Positions 50,662 through 60,335 of a stretch of 64,000 bases of DNA are shown here, in pieces. The stretch is from Bacillota bacterium (GTDB lineage: Bacteria > Bacillota > Sulfobacillia > UBA8153), in assembly GCA_040756655.1 (NCBI GenBank), contig JBFLYN010000002.1, positions 72,634 through 136,633 on the forward strand, written 5' to 3'. Made by a program: the position numbers and the translations under genes. The notes under the pieces were generated by a model. The model had not been told where the DNA came from. It searched no databases and saw only the letters and a list, made by a program, of their open reading frames with translations. Position 1 is the first letter of the stretch. Each line of letters opens with the position of its first letter.

Positions 50662-52470
50662 CTAGACCACCTCCCGGCCGGCATACTTCCGGAGAGCGCT
50701 TTCAGGGTAGGCATGCATGGCCAGCCACCAGTCCACGAGAGCTCGCCGTCGTAGAGCTGGATCCTTAGGTAGCTCCAGCGGGCGACCCCGTCCGTCCAGG
50801 ATGAGCCCTACCTCTCCCCCGCTCACGTTGACTCTGAACGGCTGTTTGCGACCCCTCCCGGCGTCCCACCCGGAGCGAGGTATCACCTCTAGTTCCATCT
50901 CTTCCCCGGGTCCTAGCGGGACCAGCGCCATTTGACCAAAGACCAGATCCAGCTCCTGTCCGGGCATAGACACCCGGGCGATGGACTGACCCGGTCGCCC
51001 GGTGCCCGCCGGGGCCAACACCGTCCCCAGGGGAATGAGGCATTCCTGCCAAAGGGTGTCCAGCGCCTCCTTGGGCCTGAGGTCCAATAGCGCGCCAAGC
51101 TGGGGCAACATGAACACGCTGTCTACGAAAAGCCGGCACACTCCCACCGGAGCCAGAGCGTCCAGGAGCAAGAGAGCGGCCTGGGCCCGGCGCGGGGCGT
51201 GGGAAAGCACCCCTCCGGAGCCGATCACGGCACCCACTTCCCTCATGTCCACCAGGGGTTGCCCGGTGGACGTCTGGTCGAATACCCGGTCTGCCGTCCT
51301 CCTCTGGCGCACGCCCTTGAGCGTCACCGCCAGGGAGTTGTGATGCTCAAATGAGAGCCTGAGTGCATCCCGGGCCGCGGCGTGCTCCAGCAAAAGCTCG
51401 TCCATGGTCTCTGGCAAGGTCGTGGGCCTGATCACCTTGTTGGAATACCAGTTCCGCAAATCTCCCTCGGAGATGTAAAAGGGCAGCCAGGACTGCACCC
51501 GGTCCAGACTGGCTTCCTTCAGGACATTGCCCAGGCTGTAGCTCATGCCCAGGTTGGCGCTGACGGTGCGGTGGAACCGGCCACTGGCCACCGAAAACAC
51601 ATCGGTGGTGGCGCCCCCGATATCCAGGGCCACCACGTCCGTATCCAGGTACGCTGCAACCTGCTGCACCATCTTGCCCACGGCCATGGGAGTGGGCTGC
51701 AAGTGCCCGCCGGTCCAGTCCAGCAGGGTCTGGTAGCCCGGGGCCTGCGCCATGACATGCTCCAGGAAGACCCGGTGGATCTCTTCCCGGGCAGGCTGCA
51801 ACACCTCTTTTTCCAGGGTGGGCCTGATGTTCTCCACAAAAGAAAGCAGCATGCAGTCTCCCAGGGTGGAGGCGACAAATTCCCGGGCGTGCACGTTTCC
51901 GGCATAGATTACCGGCAGCCGAAAACCGCTGCCGAACCTTGGTTCAGGACTGGCAGCAGCTAGGTATTCGGCCACGGCACCGACGTGACTGGGCAGGCCT
52001 TCGTCGGTTCCTCCCGTAAAGAGGATCATGTCGGGCCGCAGTTCTCGTACCCTCTGGATGCGCTCCACCACCAGGCGGGCATCATCCATGGAGATCACGT
52101 CCATGACGATGGCCCCGGCTCCGAGTGCCGCCCGCTGGGCACTTTCGGCGGTCAAGTTCCGGACTAGCCCGGTAACTAGCATCTGCAGGCCGCCTCCGGC
52201 CGACGATGTGGCCAAAAAGAGGTCGGCGCCCCGGGATGACGTGCCCGGCACCACGAGGCGGTCTCCATCCAGGAGTGGGCGACCGGTCTCGTTGGCAAGC
52301 CTGCTCATGGCGTTTTTCAGCCCGATCATCACGTCCAGAAAGGGTTTTTCCACGGTGGTTGGCGCCGCCGCGCGCCCGCGCAGCCGGTACCCCTGGCCAT
52401 GGTACTCCAGCAGGATGGCTTTGGTCGTAGTGCTCCCCACATCAGCGGCAAGGATCGTCCTGATCTCCAC
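50662..52470 (-). CDS. GlmL/MutL-family (glutamate mutase L-like) ASKHA ATPase, long form, copy 2
   Basis: DVGSTTTKA, ATSSAGGGLQM, AALGAGA, PTPMAV, DIGGATTDVFS, RTVSANLGMSYS, GSGGVLSHAP, ILDGRGRP. Confidence 0.88.
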   Translation of the reverse strand: MEIRTILAADVGSTTTKAILLEYHGQGYRLRGRAAAPTTVEKPFLDVMIGLKNAMSRLANETGRPLLDGDRLVVPGTSSRGADLFLATSSAGGGLQMLVTGLVRNLTAESAQRAALGAGAIVMDVISMDDARLVVERIQRVRELRPDMILFTGGTDEGLPSHVGAVAEYLAAASPEPRFGSGFRLPVIYAGNVHAREFVASTLGDCMLLSFVENIRPTLEKEVLQPAREEIHRVFLEHVMAQAPGYQTLLDWTGGHLQPTPMAVGKMVQQVAAYLDTDVVALDIGGATTDVFSVASGRFHRTVSANLGMSYSLGNVLKEASLDRVQSWLPFYISEGDLRNWYSNKVIRPTTLPETMDELLLEHAAARDALRLSFEHHNSLAVTLKGVRQRRTADRVFDQTSTGQPLVDMREVGAVIGSGGVLSHAPRRAQAALLLLDALAPVGVCRLFVDSVFMLPQLGALLDLRPKEALDTLWQECLIPLGTVLAPAGTGRPGQSIARVSMPGQELDLVFGQMALVPLGPGEEMELEVIPRSGWDAGRGRKQPFRVNVSGGEVGLILDGRGRPLELPKDPALRRRALVDWWLAMHAYPESALRKYAGREVV

Positions 52471-52488
52471 AGTCCCTCTCCTTCCGTC

Positions 52489-53745
52489 CTAGAATCCACC
52501 GCAGCGCCCGCACTGGGCGCAAGAGGGGTTGGGGTTGAGGTAGACCCGGCGGTTGTAAAGGAGCTGGTCCACGGTGGCCCGCCGGGTCAAGGTGACCGGG
52601 ATCCAGCTGCCCAGGACCAGCGCTCCAGCGGCCAGCCATGCCGACGCTGCCAGGGCCCCCACTTCCAGACGCAGGGCGGGCTCATTGTAACGGTTGATAC
52701 CCCAGATCAAGCCGGACGCCAGGACCCAACCACCAAACATCCCAAGAAACGACATGAACCCGGCCTCCGCCACCAAAAGAAGACCCAGCTCGGAAGATTC
52801 CAGTCCAAGTGCTTTGAGCGTCCCCAGGTACCGCTTTCTCCTAAGGAAAGAGAACAACATGAGGTTGAAGAGCCCGGCAGCTGCAAGCGTCACCACCAGC
52901 CCCATGACGGCCCTTACCGGCGATAGCGACCGGCGGGTCAAGCTCCTGGCCAGTTCCTGCGGTGTGTCGCGGGTGATAACCACCCCTTGGGCGAAGAGCC
53001 CGCCCAGCTTGGCGACGGCAGAGCGCAGCGTGTACCCCGGACCCAGCCAGCCTACGACTCCCCCGTGCACGGCCTCACCGAGAAGGGCCAGGGCGTCCAG
53101 GCTTACCAGGGGGCCAGATACTGGCGCCCCCGGAGAATGGTACAGGCCGGTGACCAGCACCCGGACTTCGTGCCACCCGGCCTGGCCCGGCACGCCCAGG
53201 GTAGTCACCATCCCGGGTATCATACCCCCGGCAGTATCCGGGAACACGGCGTGTCCGTGTACTCCGCCGGGCGGGCGGCCCACCGGCCAGCGGCCGCTCG
53301 TCAGGGAAAGCCCAGCCACCAGCCGGGAGTCAAAGCGCAGGCCCAGGGCGGTGTAGCGTCCGGAGGCCGTGTACACTTCCGCCACAGCCACCGGTTCCCA
53401 GTAGTCGATTTCCACCACCCGGAAGACCCGCCGGTCTATGTCGGCGGGCAGGGGCCCGGGCGCATAGGCCAGGAGGTCAGCCGGGAGGCCGAGGGGCAGG
53501 ACCTGGGCGGCCGCCTGCCGGGAGGCAGTAGCCCCCACCGCCGTGAGCAGGATATAAGCAGCCACGGCCACGCTCACCACCACGGCCAACAACGCGCTTT
53601 GCAGGCGGTGCCTGGCCACGTGACGGCGGGCCAACGGACACACCAGGCGTAGGGAAGCCCCTAGCTGTCGGCATAAGTTCCGTCTCCACAAGGCGCCAGA
53701 CTGACGGGAAAGCCACTGGCCCGCAGCAGTGGCCCAGCCCATCAT
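52489..53745 (-). CDS. FtsX/MacB-type ABC permease with C-terminal CxxCxxC tail
   Basis: TM1, extracellular domain, three C-terminal TMs, RKRYLGTLKALG, ends NPNPSCAQCGRCGGF. Confidence 0.85.
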   Translation of the reverse strand: MMGWATAAGQWLSRQSGALWRRNLCRQLGASLRLVCPLARRHVARHRLQSALLAVVVSVAVAAYILLTAVGATASRQAAAQVLPLGLPADLLAYAPGPLPADIDRRVFRVVEIDYWEPVAVAEVYTASGRYTALGLRFDSRLVAGLSLTSGRWPVGRPPGGVHGHAVFPDTAGGMIPGMVTTLGVPGQAGWHEVRVLVTGLYHSPGAPVSGPLVSLDALALLGEAVHGGVVGWLGPGYTLRSAVAKLGGLFAQGVVITRDTPQELARSLTRRSLSPVRAVMGLVVTLAAAGLFNLMLFSFLRRKRYLGTLKALGLESSELGLLLVAEAGFMSFLGMFGGWVLASGLIWGINRYNEPALRLEVGALAASAWLAAGALVLGSWIPVTLTRRATVDQLLYNRRVYLNPNPSCAQCGRCGGF

Positions 53746-54446
53746 GGCTTCATCACCCCGGCCCGTTCCTCAACGCGCACCACCGTCCCGTCCAGCATGT
53801 GCACGACCTTGGTAGCATATTCCACGAAAGCCTGGTCATGGGAGGCGATCACGAAGGTCTGGCCGTGCCGGGAGTTGAACCGGGCGAATAGGTCCATAAC
53901 CTGACAGCCGCTTTGGGAGTCCAGGTTACCCGTGGGCTCATCAGCCAGCACCACAGCCGGGCGGTTGGCCAGCGCCCGGGCCACGGCCACTCGCTGCTGC
54001 TCGCCGCCGGACAGCTCATGGGGGGAGTGGGCGGCCCGATCGACCATGCCCACTTCGTCCAGGAGCTCCAGGGTACGGCGGGCCACTTCCCGGTCGTCAA
54101 CACCCGTGATGCGCATGGGCAAGGCGACGTTCTCCGCAGCAGTCAGGTCAGGGAGCAGGTTGAAAAACTGGAAGACAAACCCCACATGGGTCCTGCGCAT
54201 CCGGGCCAGCTGGTTTTCCGAAAGACGGCTAAACTTCCGGTTCTGCAGTATGACCTCCCCGTGGGTGGGGCGATCCAGCCCGCCCAGGAGGTTGAGCAAA
54301 GTGGTCTTGCCACATCCGGACGGGCCCATGATCACCACGAACTCGCCCGGCATCACCAACAGCCGGACGTCCTTAACCGCGTCCACCCCATCGCCCACCA
54401 AGAAACGCTTATGTAGCTCATTGCACCTGAGGATAGGTTCACTCAT
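53742..54446 (-). CDS. LolD/MacB-type ABC ATPase, copy 2
   Basis: GPSGCGKT, GFVFQFFNL, LSGGEQQRVAVARAL, ADEPTGNLD. Confidence 0.95.
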   Translation of the reverse strand: MSEPILRCNELHKRFLVGDGVDAVKDVRLLVMPGEFVVIMGPSGCGKTTLLNLLGGLDRPTHGEVILQNRKFSRLSENQLARMRRTHVGFVFQFFNLLPDLTAAENVALPMRITGVDDREVARRTLELLDEVGMVDRAAHSPHELSGGEQQRVAVARALANRPAVVLADEPTGNLDSQSGCQVMDLFARFNSRHGQTFVIASHDQAFVEYATKVVHMLDGTVVRVEERAGVMKP

Positions 54447-55824
54447 GACGTAGCACCTCCCGGGCTGTGGAACCGGAAGCTAGAACCGCTGGAATTACCC
54501 CAGCAGCCAGGGCCGTCACTGTGCTCAGGCCCGTGACCAGGCCCGCTGTATAGAGAGTGCTCAGGCCGGCCCGGGCCAAGGTCACGTCCGAGGCCAGGTA
54601 TACCAGGACGTAGAAAGCGCGCACCAGGGCAAACCCCATAATAGAGCCGAGGGTGGCAAGTACCACGGTCTCTCCCAGCACCATGAGGATGATCTCACCG
54701 CCTGATGCCCCGATGGCCTTGAGGATGCCGATTTCCCGCCTGCGCTGGGTGACCAGGATGAGCATGTTGGTAGTCACCAGCATACCAGCCAAGGCAAAAG
54801 AAAGGTAGATGAAGGCCCGGGTGGCATCCCGGGTCACCGGCATTTGCCCGGTGTGGCTCCACGATGCCTGGACCAGCTGGGGGACCGTCAGCACCCGTGC
54901 CCAGGGCAGTTCCGCCTGCAGGCTGGCGGCTACATCCCGGGCCAGGAACATACTCCGCACCCTGACCCCCAGCTGGCGGACGTACCGGAAGCCTCCGGTT
55001 CCGCCCACGGAGGCAAAGATCCTCTCCAGGGTAGCGGCGGGCACGAAAATCTGCTCAGAATGGAGATACCTAGGCTCCTCCAGCGAGTCCATGTCAAGCC
55101 CCCGGGCAAGGAGGTCCGTGGCGCTGGCCACAAACTCGTAGGTCCCCCTGACTTCAAGGGTGAAGTGATGGCGCCGGGTGTAATCGTACACAGTTCCCCC
55201 GGGGCCGTGAGCCACCACGCTGGGAACCTCCACAACCAGGGCTGTGACCCGGCTAAGGTCAGGCCAACCCGGGGGAATCTCGCGGTTGACCAGGCAGACC
55301 ATGGCACCATCGTCATCCGGGGTCAGAGCGTGAAGGTTCCAGGCAGCCGCATCCACAAGGGTGTGGCGTCCCCGCAGCACCGCCGGAACCAGGGCGGTAG
55401 TTCCCGGCACTATGAAGAAAGCAGGCATGGCCAGGAAGGGTTCTACAGCGATGACCTCCGGGTGCTCTAACCCACCCGGCAGATGGTGGAGGTCCATGGT
55501 GCGCACGTCTGCAGGAGCCAGGTACCCCTGGTGGGAGAAGGCGGGGAAGAACGTGAGCAAGTCGCTTTCATGGCCTTCTAGTCCCATCATCCAAGAAAGC
55601 TCTTCTCCACTGCTTGGGCCGGGGAGGACAGCCGGCTCGGTGAAGATGAGGATGTCGGCTCCAACCAGCCGCCGGTGCTCCCAGAAAGCTTCTCGCGGAT
55701 AGCCGCTTTCCATGGAAACACTCCCGGTCAGTATAGCCGCAGCCACGGCCATCCCTACCAGGGCCAGCAGGCTCCGGTTGAGGTTGCGACGGGCATTGCT
55801 CAGCGCCATCCTGAGAAACAGCAT
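54439..55824 (-). CDS. FtsX/MacB-type ABC permease
   Basis: MALSNARRNLNRSLLALVG, large extracellular loop, QRRREIGILKAIGA, PAVLAS...EVLRHE. Confidence 0.9.
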   Translation of the reverse strand: MLFLRMALSNARRNLNRSLLALVGMAVAAAILTGSVSMESGYPREAFWEHRRLVGADILIFTEPAVLPGPSSGEELSWMMGLEGHESDLLTFFPAFSHQGYLAPADVRTMDLHHLPGGLEHPEVIAVEPFLAMPAFFIVPGTTALVPAVLRGRHTLVDAAAWNLHALTPDDDGAMVCLVNREIPPGWPDLSRVTALVVEVPSVVAHGPGGTVYDYTRRHHFTLEVRGTYEFVASATDLLARGLDMDSLEEPRYLHSEQIFVPAATLERIFASVGGTGGFRYVRQLGVRVRSMFLARDVAASLQAELPWARVLTVPQLVQASWSHTGQMPVTRDATRAFIYLSFALAGMLVTTNMLILVTQRRREIGILKAIGASGGEIILMVLGETVVLATLGSIMGFALVRAFYVLVYLASDVTLARAGLSTLYTAGLVTGLSTVTALAAGVIPAVLASGSTAREVLRHE

Positions 55825-55889
55825 CTTCTTCCCCCATTTCCACCAGCCGGAAGCGGAGTTCCGGGGCTTTATGGGTTTGGCTGGGTATT

Positions 55890-56576
55890 CTAGGCGGGCA
55901 GGCTGTCCACCAGCCTCCCGTCCAGCATGCGGACAACGCGCTTGGCGTAGGGGTGGAAGGCTTCGTTGTGGGACACAACCACGAAGGTCTGTCCCAGGGT
56001 GCAGTTGAAATTGGCGAAAAGCCGGGCGATCTCCTGCGCGTTACGAGAATCCAGGTTTCCCGTGGGTTCGTCAGCCAACACCACCCGGGGTTGATTGGCC
56101 AATGCCCGGGCTATGGCCACCCGCTGCTGTTCGCCACCGGAAAGCTGCAGCGGCCTGTGATGCATCCGGTCACCTAACCCCACCATCTCCAAAAGCTCCT
56201 GGGCCCGCCGTTCCATCTGGCGCCGGGAAAACCCGGAAAAGCGCAGCGGCAGGCTGACGTTTTCCGTGGCAGTAAGGTGAGGTATCAGGTTGAAAAACTG
56301 GAATACAAAGCCGACCTTGGCCCTTCTCAGCATGGCCAGGCCACTTTCACTAAGACGGCTGAACCGGTGACCGTCCAAGACCACCTCGCCGCTGGTCGGG
56401 CGGTCCAGCCCTCCTAGGAGACTGAGGAGCGTGCTCTTGCCGCTACCAGACGGGCCCGTCAACACCACGAAGTCACCGCCATCCACATCCAAGCTGACGT
56501 CGTGTACCGCTTGGACGGTCTGGCCCAAGAAAAAGGTCTTGGTCAGCTCAAAGGCACTGAGAATGGGCTCGTTCAT
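55890..56576 (-). CDS. LolD/MacB-type ABC ATPase, copy 1
   Basis: GPSGSGKS, GFVFQFFNL, LSGGEQQRVAIARAL, ADEPTGNLD; ATG at 56576 after AGGAGG. Confidence 0.95.
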   Translation of the reverse strand: MNEPILSAFELTKTFFLGQTVQAVHDVSLDVDGGDFVVLTGPSGSGKSTLLSLLGGLDRPTSGEVVLDGHRFSRLSESGLAMLRRAKVGFVFQFFNLIPHLTATENVSLPLRFSGFSRRQMERRAQELLEMVGLGDRMHHRPLQLSGGEQQRVAIARALANQPRVVLADEPTGNLDSRNAQEIARLFANFNCTLGQTFVVVSHNEAFHPYAKRVVRMLDGRLVDSLPA

Positions 56577-56602
56577 GGTATTCCTCCTGCCCAAAACAGT
56601 TT

Positions 56603-58186
56603 TCAACTGGAATTCTGGCGGTACCTCCTGGGAGTTACACCCTCGGATTTCTTGAACACCCGGCAGAAATAGTTAAGGTCTCGGTATCCCACCTGGCGGG
56701 ATATGGCCGTTACAGATAGCTGAGTGGTGGCAAGGAGTTGTTTGGCACGAGCTATGCGGATGGAAGTCAGCTTCTCCACAAATGTATGGCCGGTCTCGTC
56801 TTTGAAAATGTGGCTAAAGTAGTAAGGGCTCAAGTGGACCACGGAGGCGATTTCCTCAAGGGTGATGTCACGCGCATATTCCCGCTCAAGATACCGCAGG
56901 GCTTTTTTGACCAAGAGCAGGTTACGGGCATTGCGGTTCTTCTTCACCGACCCGGCCAGGGCCTGGGCACCTTGGGTTAGCAGTTCGCCTGCGTAGGCTG
57001 GGTCGCCCGCCTCCAGGCCCGCCTCGACAGCACGTGCCCGGTGCAGGTCAACAGCCTCCTTGTCTGCACCGCCATCGCTTCCGGCCTTGACCATGGCCAG
57101 GAGCAGCTGGAGTACTGCCAGTTTCGCCACGGTATGTCCTGAAGACAACAGCCGGACCACCCCAGGCTGAAGGGACTCGGATACCTCCTGGGCCCGTTCT
57201 GGGTCTCCCAGCCTGATGGTGCGTAAAAGCTCCTCCACGGCCTCAGCTGGCAGCGTTTCGGCATCGTCATCTACTTCGATGTCATCCACGTGCAACACCT
57301 GGCGCGGAGGGCAATAAGACCGGGCTCTCACGGCTTCTCGGTATGCGCCGGACAGGTCTGGAGGATGACGGCTGATCCGGCCCGTCCCGGCGTTCACCTC
57401 AAACCCCCGGGCCCGCATGCCTTGGACCAGTCTCGTCCCCAAGTCCAGCAGGTACTTGCGACCCCGGGCGGGATCCGCATCGGGCACCACTACCACCACC
57501 GCCACGCTGCCGCCGCCGGCGTGAGCGGCCAAGGCAACCCCTTGGGGCAGGAGCTCCCGCACTGCCTCCAAGGCCTGCTGGCGCCCGAGCTGGCGTTCTG
57601 CCTCAGTGCCCGGGAGGGTCTCGGTCCTTCCCACGGACAGGACGGCCGAAGGGATGCCGGCAAGGCCCAGGAAATGAGCGCGGTCCCGGGCGGCGGCCAT
57701 ATCCAGGCTCTGGCCGCTGATGAGTTCGGACACATACTCCATGCCGATGATGGGCAGGGCTGTTTCCAGTTGCCTTCGCAATTCCAGTTCCCGCTGGCGC
57801 CTGGCGTCGTCCCGGATTATGGCCGCCAGGGCATCCCGGAGAGCAGCTACCAGTTCGGACGGGTGCACCGGCTTGAGCAAGTAGTCTACCGCACCCAGCT
57901 TGACAGCTTCCTGGGCAAAGCGAAACTCATCGTAGGCCGTGAGGATGATGACCTTGACTTCCGGGCGTGCCGCCAGGATCCGCCGGGAAGCCTCCAAACC
58001 GTTGAGGACCGGCATGTTCAAGTCCATAATGACCACGGCCACGTCCTGCTCCAGAACGCTTTCCACCGCCTCGGCACCGTTGCCTGCTTCCAGGATCTCT
58101 AGCTCTTCCCCCAGGTGCAACTGGACTGTACGGGCCAAGAGCAGTCGCTGCAGGGCTTCATCGTCAACGAGCAGCACTTTTCTCAT
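56603..58186 (-). CDS. YesN-type response regulator (REC + AraC HTH)
   Basis: VDDE, MDLNMP, TAYDEF, YLLKP; C-terminal LSPYYFSHIFK...VGYRDLNYFCRVFKK. Confidence 0.94.
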   Translation of the reverse strand: MRKVLLVDDEALQRLLLARTVQLHLGEELEILEAGNGAEAVESVLEQDVAVVIMDLNMPVLNGLEASRRILAARPEVKVIILTAYDEFRFAQEAVKLGAVDYLLKPVHPSELVAALRDALAAIIRDDARRQRELELRRQLETALPIIGMEYVSELISGQSLDMAAARDRAHFLGLAGIPSAVLSVGRTETLPGTEAERQLGRQQALEAVRELLPQGVALAAHAGGGSVAVVVVVPDADPARGRKYLLDLGTRLVQGMRARGFEVNAGTGRISRHPPDLSGAYREAVRARSYCPPRQVLHVDDIEVDDDAETLPAEAVEELLRTIRLGDPERAQEVSESLQPGVVRLLSSGHTVAKLAVLQLLLAMVKAGSDGGADKEAVDLHRARAVEAGLEAGDPAYAGELLTQGAQALAGSVKKNRNARNLLLVKKALRYLEREYARDITLEEIASVVHLSPYYFSHIFKDETGHTFVEKLTSIRIARAKQLLATTQLSVTAISRQVGYRDLNYFCRVFKKSEGVTPRRYRQNSS

Positions 58187-59231
58187 GGTCACCCTCCCCA
58201 TCGTGGGTGGTAAAAGGGATGCATATGGTCACCCGGGTTCCCTGCCCCGGAGCTGACTGGATATCCAGACCATACTCCTGGCCAAACTGGTGCTGGAGAC
58301 GCCTGTGCACGTTGCTCACTCCCAGCCCGGTAGTATGCCCTTGTCCGGAACCGGCATCGCTCATGGACCGGATGGTGGATAGACGGGCCGGGGGGATGCC
58401 TACCCCATCGTCGGTGATGGTAACGTATACCTCTGCTTCGCTCAGCCGGGCATCGATCACGATAAGCCCCCGATCGCGGGACTCAAAACCGTGGATGATC
58501 GCGTTTTCGACCAGCGGCTGGAGCGTGAGCAGAGGGATCTTAGTCCTGAGCACTTCGGCGGGTACGTCGAGCCTGGTACTCACGCGTTTGCCGAACCTGG
58601 CCTCCTGGATGGTCAGGTAATCCTGGACGTGGTGAAGCTCATCTTCTAGGCTGACCATTTCGCCGATGCGCCGGAGGGAATACCGGAGGAGCCTGGCCAG
58701 AGCGTGGACCAGCCCTTGGGTGGCCATGGCACCGTCGAGCATGGCCTGGGCGGCGATGGTGGTAAGGGTGTTGAAGAGGAAGTGGGGGTTGATCTGGGAC
58801 TGCAATGCTCTAAGTTCCATTACCCTCAAGGCCTCTTCTAGTTCAGCGTTGATCTTCAGTTCCTCGATGAGGCGGGCCTGCACTTCCCCACTGTACTGCC
58901 TCCACCAAGTGGCGGTGGCCCGGGCGGTCACAAAGTCGGCCGCCACCCGCACCCGCAGGGCGCTAGAGCCGACGTGGTCTTCACGGGGACAGCAGGAAAC
59001 GTAAGCCAAGGTCACTCCTTCCACCGACACCGGCGCAGCCGTCACCGGCACCTCGAGGCACTCTTCGCCCTTCCCTTTCACGAGGACGTGCTGGTGGGGG
59101 TCGCGCAGGCAAAGGCAGCAACCGGCCAAAGGGCCAAGTTCGCCGAAGGCCTTCTCGATCGTATCCAGATCTACCAGGCTCCTCAGGTCTACCGTCTTTT
59201 CTACCAAAGGATGTGTCACCTCACCGGGCAT
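58164..59231 (-). CDS. Soluble LytS/YesM-type histidine kinase with PocR-like N-terminus
   Basis: LQSQINPHFLFNTL, LQPLVENAIIHG, DDGVG, GLGVSNV; N-terminal LRSLVDLDTIE; no TM segment. Confidence 0.9.
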   Translation of the reverse strand: MPGEVTHPLVEKTVDLRSLVDLDTIEKAFGELGPLAGCCLCLRDPHQHVLVKGKGEECLEVPVTAAPVSVEGVTLAYVSCCPREDHVGSSALRVRVAADFVTARATATWWRQYSGEVQARLIEELKINAELEEALRVMELRALQSQINPHFLFNTLTTIAAQAMLDGAMATQGLVHALARLLRYSLRRIGEMVSLEDELHHVQDYLTIQEARFGKRVSTRLDVPAEVLRTKIPLLTLQPLVENAIIHGFESRDRGLIVIDARLSEAEVYVTITDDGVGIPPARLSTIRSMSDAGSGQGHTTGLGVSNVHRRLQHQFGQEYGLDIQSAPGQGTRVTICIPFTTHDGEGDHEKSAAR

Positions 59232-60333
59232 AAAGCTCCAGGTTTGAGCGGGGCACCATCACCAGCTCTCCACTATCCAACCGGACCGCGGCCACCTGTA
59301 CTTGGGAGCCTGTCTCCAGGGTCACCCTCTGTAACGGGAGGTCCACAACGGTACCGATAGCCCCAAAATGGCGGGGGCTGATGATGCGGACGGGGGTACC
59401 CACGAAAACCGTCGCAGGTCCCGGCAGCGGGGGGGCATGGTCCTGGGCAAGGTCCAGGGGGATCACTGCCTCGGGCCTAACTACCCCGGCCCGGACCTGG
59501 GTGGCTCCACTCACTGCCGCCTGCCGGCCGTCCAGCTCCTGGACCAGGCGGTAGGTGCGCTGGCTCATGGGGATGGCTCCAAAACCCTCAGTCAGAACGG
59601 TTATCAAGGTGGTATCTTCGTGTCCCGTCACACCGGTGCCGATGACGCGGCCGGCTATGCGATCTAAGTCGCGCTTGTGCAACCCCCCGGTGATCACTGC
59701 CACTGCTCCCACTTCGCGCACCCGGGTCAGGGCTTCGTAATCGTCCCACACGCCCCCGACCAGTATCTTCCCTGAGTGCTGCGGGCCAATGTCCCGGCTC
59801 CGTATGGGGGCCGTGCGTTCGCCTACCAGGCAAAGCTCGCCCCAGCCTTCCCCACCGACGCCGAAGATCCCCTGGACCAGGGCAGCCCCAAGGCGGATAG
59901 AAACTAATTCACCCGGTATTACCCGGACCACCTCCCCCGGGACATAGGCCCTCAGCGCCACCGGCAAGCTCCTGATGGTCACCCTACCGGTGGCTGGAAA
60001 GAGGCGCTCCAGGGTACCGGCCATGGGCGCCCGGCATTCCCGGTTGAAAAGGCCCAGGGTCGAACGGTACCGGGCTATGACTTCACCGGCCAAGACCCGG
60101 TCCCCTACCTTCCGGAGCAAGGCGTCCGGAACCAGCACCGATGGGATCTCCAGTATCCTGGCCACATCCACAGTCTCCAGGTAGCCCCGGGGGTTGAGCA
60201 GGGCAACCACGGTATCGTGCTGGACTCGCTGGCCCGGGTATACGCAGATCTCGCCTGAGGAGGGCAGGCGCCGTTGTTTGATCAGATTTCGCCCGGGGCT
60301 GATCTCCAGTCCCGGCAGGTGGATTTCACCCAT
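59221..60333 (-). CDS. Uncharacterised GlmL-partner protein, copy 1
   Basis: KQRRLPSSGEICV, VGDRVLAGEVIA..APMAGTLE, GIFGVGGE, TEGFG..PMSQR, GATQVRAGVVRPE, VGTPVRII...FGAIGTV. Confidence 0.85.
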   Translation of the reverse strand: MGEIHLPGLEISPGRNLIKQRRLPSSGEICVYPGQRVQHDTVVALLNPRGYLETVDVARILEIPSVLVPDALLRKVGDRVLAGEVIARYRSTLGLFNRECRAPMAGTLERLFPATGRVTIRSLPVALRAYVPGEVVRVIPGELVSIRLGAALVQGIFGVGGEGWGELCLVGERTAPIRSRDIGPQHSGKILVGGVWDDYEALTRVREVGAVAVITGGLHKRDLDRIAGRVIGTGVTGHEDTTLITVLTEGFGAIPMSQRTYRLVQELDGRQAAVSGATQVRAGVVRPEAVIPLDLAQDHAPPLPGPATVFVGTPVRIISPRHFGAIGTVVDLPLQRVTLETGSQVQVAAVRLDSGELVMVPRSNLELYAR

Positions 60334-60335
60334 GC

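Noticed and set aside
52489-52530. Radical SAM motif or RiPP precursor in the permease tail
   Set aside because: Spacing is CxxCxxC, not CxxxCxxC; it is in frame with the permease and no maturase is nearby
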